Shown one piece after another: positions 58,667 to 64,000 of a stretch of 64,000 bases of DNA (positions are counted from its first letter, which is position 1; each line of letters opens with the position of its first letter). Source of the DNA: Spirochaetia bacterium (GTDB taxonomy: Bacteria; Spirochaetota; Spirochaetia; SZUA-6; Bin103); NCBI GenBank assembly GCA_965208575.1, contig CBDBOV010000005.1, positions 1 to 64,000 of the forward strand, written 5' to 3'. Made by a program: the position numbers and the translations under genes. Under the pieces are notes generated by a model. It did not search any database and was not told where the DNA came from. It worked only from the letters and a program-made list of their open reading frames with translations.

Positions 58667-59647
58667 ATGATTACCGCAACCGACCATTGCATGATCTGGC
58701 CTCTCTGTACCGCAAGCATTCGTCCTGGTACAGCGTCGGCGATTTCGCACATCGATTCGCACAGAGCCGGTGGCCGCTATAGGCTAACCATCCAAGCAGC
58801 GATGAGCCTTCAATCTCTCCAGGAAGAAGTGAGGGCCCGGCTCACCACTCTACTAATCGAACAACGGCGTCAGGGCAACCCTGAACCGGACGTTACTCAG
58901 TCTCTTATCGACGGAGCACTCAACAAGCCGCCCCTTGAAGTGGCCGAACGTGCAGACAGGCTGCTCAGATACCTTGTTCAGTGTTCCAATCAAATTGGAC
59001 ATAATCTTCGGTTTGACCTAAGCAATGGTTCCGAATCGACCCTCAGCTATGGCGCTCTTGCATGGTCGGAATCAACAACACCTCAGGAAGTGCATTATTT
59101 ACTTAGGTACTTGACAAAACAAGATTGGATCACTGAACCGGGAGCTGATGTATTCAGTGTGTCCGTGGATGGCCACGGTCGTGTCTCTGATCTCAACACC
59201 AATCCCGATTCGGCTCAGGCCTTTGTAGCTATGTGGTTCGGAGAGGAAATGGACAGCGTTTACGAAAATGGTATCAAGCCGGCAATCGAACTGGCTGGGT
59301 ATACACCCATGAGAATCGACAAGAAGGATGACGTAGTCAAGATTGACGACGAAATAGTCACAGAGATTAGGCGCTCAAGATTCCTTGTAGCAGACTCCAC
59401 TCATGGCGACGACGGTGCGCGTGGCGGGGTCTACTTTGAGGCAGGATTTGCATTTGGCATCGGTATACCGGTTATCTACACCTGTCGAGATGATGTGGTT
59501 GAAAAAATCCATTTCGATACACGTCAATATCACCATACTATTTGGAAGAGTGCAGAAGACCTTCGAGAAGGTCTAAAGAACAGGATTATTGCACTCATGG
59601 GAGAGGGACCCAACGTAGGAGGCTCAGCAATAATACGAACAGAGTGA
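58667..59647 (+). CDS. Protein with C-terminal TIR-like / nucleoside 2-deoxyribosyltransferase-like domain
   Basis: AFVAMWF, IKPAI, RID, IRRSRFLVAD, GVYFEAGFA, HFDTRQY; visibly lower GC than the flanks. Confidence 0.7.
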   Translation: MITATDHCMIWPLCTASIRPGTASAISHIDSHRAGGRYRLTIQAAMSLQSLQEEVRARLTTLLIEQRRQGNPEPDVTQSLIDGALNKPPLEVAERADRLLRYLVQCSNQIGHNLRFDLSNGSESTLSYGALAWSESTTPQEVHYLLRYLTKQDWITEPGADVFSVSVDGHGRVSDLNTNPDSAQAFVAMWFGEEMDSVYENGIKPAIELAGYTPMRIDKKDDVVKIDDEIVTEIRRSRFLVADSTHGDDGARGGVYFEAGFAFGIGIPVIYTCRDDVVEKIHFDTRQYHHTIWKSAEDLREGLKNRIIALMGEGPNVGGSAIIRTE

Positions 59648-60110
59648 ATTCAAGCCCAAGCGGAATCTGCGTCGATTCGTAGTATCTCCGCAAGCGGTTG
59701 TTTTGAGCCTACGGGAGCCACGTCGACTCGACTTGAGAGTACGCATTGCTACTGGTACTGGGAACGTGTTTCCCGTGCCCAGTGTTTCGGTCGGTAATTG
59801 AAGCAATGATAAAACGTCTCAATCCTTTCTCAAGCGCGAATACAACAGGGTGATGACGATGGGCGACGATTGACGACGCTTCCCACTGGGGAAATGGCTT
59901 CGCTCCGGCGCTCGCCAAACACATGGCAGGCTCTTCCAGCGGTCACGGTCGTCTCAGGACCTGGCATCGATGGCACCATAGCCAGGCTACATCGGAGATC
60001 ACGCCCGCTTCGATCGCTGTTGTGCAGCGGGTCGAGCGCGGCCACCCGAGCAGTATGACCAAACCGGTGCGGCTCTCACGTCAAGCACCGATGCGTCCTG
60101 CGTAGTCCAC

Positions 60111-61364
60111 CAGGGCAATCGACCGAATATTTTGGGTAGGGTGACAGACAGGCGGTGATCAGTATGTACTGAAGGAGCTAGGAAATAGCTCTGGGAGGGG
60201 CATTCTGATGAACGATGACAGTGGTGGTGATGTCGAATTCTTAGGCAGTTTCGACGCTCTCGACGACCCGCGCCAGCAGGCGAAGGTGCTCTATCCGCTG
60301 CCGGAGATCCTGTTGCTGTGCCTGTGCGCAGTGCTCGGCGGTGCCGATAGCTGGGTCGAGGTGGCGCTGTATGGCCAGCAGAAGCTGAAGTTTCTGCGCC
60401 GCTTCTTGCCATTCGCCCATGGGGTCCCATCGCATGACCAACTGGGGAACGTGTTCGCGCGGCTGGACGCGCAGCAGTTCCAGAGTTGTTTCATCGCCTG
60501 GGTGGAGCGGTTTACGGCGGCGGTGCGTGGAGTGGTGGCGGTAGATGGCAAGACGCTGCGGCGCTCGCTTGATCGCGCTGCCGAGCAGGGACCGATCCAT
60601 ATGATCTCGGCGTGGAGTAGCCAGCAGCGGCTGGTGCTGGGCCAGTGCAAGGTGGCGGACAAGTCGAACGAGATCCCGGCGATCCCGGAGCTGTTGCGGT
60701 TGCTGGAGTTGCACGGCGCGGTGGTGACCATCGACGCGATGGGCTGCCAGCGCGAGATCGGTGCCCGGATCATCGAGCAGAAAGCAGACTATGTATTGGG
60801 TCTGAAAGGAAATCAGGGGACGCTGCATAAGGATGTGGCGTTGTTCTTCGACGAACGACAGGATGGCTTCGCCGGGCACCAAGTCACGGTACATGAGAGT
60901 AGTGACAAGGGCCACGGACGTCTGGAGACGCGGCGGGTGGTAGCGACCGAGGACATCGCGTGGCTGCAGCAGGACCACCGCTGGCCGGGGCTGCGCAGCA
61001 TCGTGAAGGTGGAGAGCCGGCGTGAACTATTGGTCGAGGACAAGGTCGAAACCGAGACGCGCTACTACATCAGCTCGTTGCCGGCGGATGCCGAGCAGAT
61101 CGGCCACGCGATACGCAGCCACTGGGGCGTCGAGAATGGGCTGCACTGGGTGATGGACATGGTGTTCCGCGATGACGAGTGCCGCATACGGAGCGGGCAC
61201 GCGCCGGCGAACTTCGCCACCATCAAGCACATGGCCAGCAATCTCCTGCGGCGCGGCAAGGGCAAACACAGCATGCGCGCCAGTCGTCACATCGCTGCCT
61301 GGAATGAGGACTTTCTCTACTCGCTGCTCACGACCTGAGTAAATCCACTCAGTCGATTGCCCTG
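60111..61364 (+). mobile_element. ISAs1-family insertion sequence (1254 bp)
   Basis: TIR CAGGGCAATCGAC at both ends; 10-bp TSD CGTAGTCCAC at 60101-60110 and 61365-61374. Confidence 0.9.
60208..61338 (+). CDS. ISAs1-family transposase
   Basis: DPRQQAKV, PSHD, VDGKTLR, KSNEI, TIDAMGCQ, KGNQ, HGRLETR, RSHWGVENGLHW. Confidence 0.93.
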   Translation: MNDDSGGDVEFLGSFDALDDPRQQAKVLYPLPEILLLCLCAVLGGADSWVEVALYGQQKLKFLRRFLPFAHGVPSHDQLGNVFARLDAQQFQSCFIAWVERFTAAVRGVVAVDGKTLRRSLDRAAEQGPIHMISAWSSQQRLVLGQCKVADKSNEIPAIPELLRLLELHGAVVTIDAMGCQREIGARIIEQKADYVLGLKGNQGTLHKDVALFFDERQDGFAGHQVTVHESSDKGHGRLETRRVVATEDIAWLQQDHRWPGLRSIVKVESRRELLVEDKVETETRYYISSLPADAEQIGHAIRSHWGVENGLHWVMDMVFRDDECRIRSGHAPANFATIKHMASNLLRRGKGKHSMRASRHIAAWNEDFLYSLLTT

Positions 61365-61424
61365 CGTAGTCCACCCGTGCAGGTTGACAGGGTGGGAGGG
61401 GTGCTGGATGAATGGCGGGCAGCT

Positions 61425-62159
61425 ATGGTTCCCAACAAGATTCTGCAGTGCATACGGCGTGGGGAGAAGGCGCTCGGGCTGATGCTCAGGGAGCCGTCCG
61501 GACAACTGGTGGAGCTGGCCGGACGGTGCGGGCTGGACTTCGTGAGCTTCGACGCCCAGCACGATACGTGGACGCCGGCGGAGATGGGGGAGATGTGCCG
61601 CATCGCCGACCCCTACGGCATGACGGTCTCCACGCGCATCCCGGACGGCGCGGAGAGCACCATCCTCAGCTACCTGGATCGGGGTGTGCGGGTGATCACG
61701 ATCCCCAACCTGCTCACCGCCGAGCAGGCCCGCGACCTGGTCAAGTACAGCTTCTTCGCGCCGCTCGGGCTGCGCAGCGCCACCAGCATCGCCACCATGC
61801 ACGGCCAGGTGGACGGCGACCACGTGCGCCTGTTTCAGGACGTCAACGCGAACACGATAGTCGTGCCGCAACTGGAGAGCATCGTCGCCCTGGAGAACCT
61901 GGACGAGATTCTCGCGGTGGACGGCATCGACTACTTCGGCGCCGGCGCCGAGGACATGGCGCAGAGCCTGGGCCTGCCGGGCGAACCGCAGCATCCGCTC
62001 GTAGCGGAGACCTACGAGAAGATCAATGCGAAGCTGCACGCGGCCGGCAAGCGCATGTTCGGCGAGGTGGCCGCGAGCGTGTCGCCGTTCGACCTGACCA
62101 GGGACGCGATTGCCGATCTGCTGCAGCGGCACGGGCAGCAGACGAAGCTCGGCTGGTAG
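61425..62159 (+). CDS. HpcH/HpaI aldolase/citrate-lyase family protein
   Basis: GLDFVSFDAQH, FAPLGLRS, QLES, LDEILAVDGID, EDMAQSLG. Confidence 0.85.
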   Translation: MVPNKILQCIRRGEKALGLMLREPSGQLVELAGRCGLDFVSFDAQHDTWTPAEMGEMCRIADPYGMTVSTRIPDGAESTILSYLDRGVRVITIPNLLTAEQARDLVKYSFFAPLGLRSATSIATMHGQVDGDHVRLFQDVNANTIVVPQLESIVALENLDEILAVDGIDYFGAGAEDMAQSLGLPGEPQHPLVAETYEKINAKLHAAGKRMFGEVAASVSPFDLTRDAIADLLQRHGQQTKLGW

Positions 62160-62168
62160 CGCCGCGCC

Positions 62169-63113
62169 ATGACCGACGAGCAACGCGCAGCCGCGTGGCG
62201 GCGCGACGGGTACCTGGTGGTGCGCGGGGCGCTCGGTCCCGAGCACCTTGATCCGGTCCGCGCCCTTATCGGCGAGCGGGTGGACGCGTTCGCCCGTGAG
62301 CGGCACGCGGACGGCGACTTGGCGACGCTGCACGAGAACGAGCCGTTTGGCCGCCGCTACGCCGCCATCCAAGAGGAGCTGTCCCGCCGGCAGCGGCCGC
62401 CGCAGGGCAGCAAGCCGCTGTTTGCCGTCACCGACCTGTGCAACCGCGCGCTGTACGACCTCTACACCCATCCGGCCATCACCGATGTCCTGCGGGTGAT
62501 CGTCGGGCCGGAGGTGACCCTGCACGGCATCTCGGTGATTCGGGTCAAGCTGCCGGAGGACTCCCGGACCGCGTTCCCGTGGCACCAGGACAGCCACTAC
62601 TACAACGAGCACAAGACCGGCCGCTTCGAGGCCACCACCGAGCACATGCGGGTGATCACCACCTGGGTGCCGCTGGTGGATGTCGACACCGCCAACGGCT
62701 GCCTGTGGGTGATTCCCGGCAGCCACCGGTGGGGGTTCCTGTCGGGCGCCCGCGCCGCCGCCACCGGCCACGTGCTGATCCCGGAAGACGTGGAGCGGCG
62801 CGGCACCCCCACCCCGCTGCCGATGCAGGCCGGGGACGCGGTGTTTCTGACCAACCTGACGCTGCACGCAAGCAAGGTGAACGGCAGCGACCGGGTGCGC
62901 TGGAGCCACGACTTCCGCTATCACCCGACCGCGTCCTCTACCCCGGCGGGCTCGCCGGAACGCGAGGCCACCGACTACCTGGACACCAAGTCGCACAATT
63001 ACGGCACCGAACCGCTGCGCGTGCTCAGCGCCGGCCCCACCCCAACCTGGAAGGAGTGGGAGCGGACCAGCCGCGCGCGCCGCGAAGCGCTCGCTGCGGC
63101 GTCACCGGCATAG
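62169..63113 (+). CDS. PhyH-family dioxygenase
   Basis: PWHQD, TWVPL, NGCLWVIPGSH, TLHAS, RWSHDFRY. Confidence 0.88.
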   Translation: MTDEQRAAAWRRDGYLVVRGALGPEHLDPVRALIGERVDAFARERHADGDLATLHENEPFGRRYAAIQEELSRRQRPPQGSKPLFAVTDLCNRALYDLYTHPAITDVLRVIVGPEVTLHGISVIRVKLPEDSRTAFPWHQDSHYYNEHKTGRFEATTEHMRVITTWVPLVDVDTANGCLWVIPGSHRWGFLSGARAAATGHVLIPEDVERRGTPTPLPMQAGDAVFLTNLTLHASKVNGSDRVRWSHDFRYHPTASSTPAGSPEREATDYLDTKSHNYGTEPLRVLSAGPTPTWKEWERTSRARREALAAASPA

Positions 63114-63123
63114 GGGAGCAACG

Positions 63124-64000
63124 ATGGCTGACCGAATCGGATTTGGCGAGTTCACCTACGACGTAGAGCCGGCCTGGGCACAACTGCCCGACGGCTGGAT
63201 CATCAAGGACACCCCCGACGTGCTGGTCGACGACGCGCACGACCGCGTGTACGTGTTCACCCGCTGGAAGCACCCCGTGATGGTGTTCGACCGCGCCGGC
63301 ACCTTCATCACCAGTTGGGGCTCCGACCTGTTCACGATGCCGCACGGGCTCTCCATGGGTCCCGACGGGCACCTGTACCTGGTGGACGCGTTCGGCCACT
63401 GCATCCGCAAGTGCACCACGGAGGGCGAGGTGTTGCAGGTATGGGGCACGCCGGACCGCAGCTCCGGCCACTACAGCGGCAAGCCGTTCAACGGCCCCAC
63501 CAAGGTCGCGTTCGATCCGGGCACCGGTGACATGTACGTGGCCGACGGCTACGGCAACGCGCGCGTGCACAAGTACTCCGCCGCCGGCGAGTTCCTGTTC
63601 TCCTGGGGCGAGCCCGGCCAGGGACCGGGGCAGTTCAACCTTGTGCACGGCGTGCAGACCGACCGGGCCGGCAACGTCTACGTGGCCAGCCGCGAGGGCC
63701 ACCGGGTGCAGGTGTTCGACGGCGGCGGCGCCTACCTGAGCGAGTGGCGCACCGGCGTGCACCGCCCCAACGGCTTCTTCATCACCGCGGCGGGCCGCGA
63801 CCGCGAGCTGGTGTACGTCGGCGAGGCGGGCGCCGGCTTCGGCGAGAACCGCGGCATCCGCGGGTTCGGCGACTGCCTGGCGATCTTCGAGCTGGACGGC
63901 ACCTGCCTGGCCCGCATCTACCACGACTCCCCGGTCATGCAGGGGCCGCACGGCATCGGCGTCGATGCCCGCGGCAACGTCTACCTGACCCAGGTTCTGT
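63124..64000 (+). CDS. NHL-repeat beta-propeller, peptidyl-alpha-hydroxyglycine alpha-amidating lyase (PAL)-like; 3'-truncated by the window edge
   Basis: Not in the ORF track (no stop). ATG 63124 gives MADRIGFGEFTYDV..., PHGL, FNGPT, YVADGYGNARVHKY, PGQFNLVHG, VASREGHRVQVF. Confidence 0.8.
   Translation, partial: MADRIGFGEFTYDVEPAWAQLPDGWIIKDTPDVLVDDAHDRVYVFTRWKHPVMVFDRAGTFITSWGSDLFTMPHGLSMGPDGHLYLVDAFGHCIRKCTTEGEVLQVWGTPDRSSGHYSGKPFNGPTKVAFDPGTGDMYVADGYGNARVHKYSAAGEFLFSWGEPGQGPGQFNLVHGVQTDRAGNVYVASREGHRVQVFDGGGAYLSEWRTGVHRPNGFFITAAGRDRELVYVGEAGAGFGENRGIRGFGDCLAIFELDGTCLARIYHDSPVMQGPHGIGVDARGNVYLTQVL

Noticed and set aside
59648-60100. Possible ncRNA or small gene in the spacer before ISAs1
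   Set aside because: Only weak hairpins and short ORFs without motifs; nothing supportable.

Overview
High-GC bacterial chromosomal segment. The gene mix (several peptide/nickel-type family-5 ABC modules, four PhyH-type Fe/2OG dioxygenases, Rpn, Uma2, DUF4143 ATPases, PIN toxin-antitoxins, NHL and FG-GAP proteins) resembles marine or sponge-associated symbiont genomes; that host assignment is inference only. The window holds five Dpp/Opp-like SBP-permease modules with no ATPase subunit. It also holds four precisely delimitable IS elements: two inverted IS1634-family copies with separate 6-bp TSDs, an ISKra4-like element that splits an SBP gene (9-bp TSD), and an ISAs1 (10-bp TSD). Catabolic genes include a GH2 hydrolase, a BVMO, an Ldh_2 oxidoreductase, a ThDP enzyme, a fused CaiB CoA-transferase and an HpcH aldolase. 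Short gene relics are numerous. The most notable region is a defence-like island at about 52.9-59.7 kb. There, an intact ABC-ATPase + TOPRIM (DUF4276-like) pair is translationally coupled to the collapsed relic of a type III restriction gene, followed by an HNH nuclease with an unassigned N-terminal domain and a lower-GC TIR/NDT-like protein. Other highlights are an Rpn gene with an internal SD+ATG (putative intragenic antitoxin), an interleaved double inverted repeat (pseudoknot or switch) between an SBP and its permease, and an HpcH-PhyH-NHL(PAL-like) operon. No rRNA, tRNA or CRISPR array was found. All family calls come from motif recognition by eye, not database searches.
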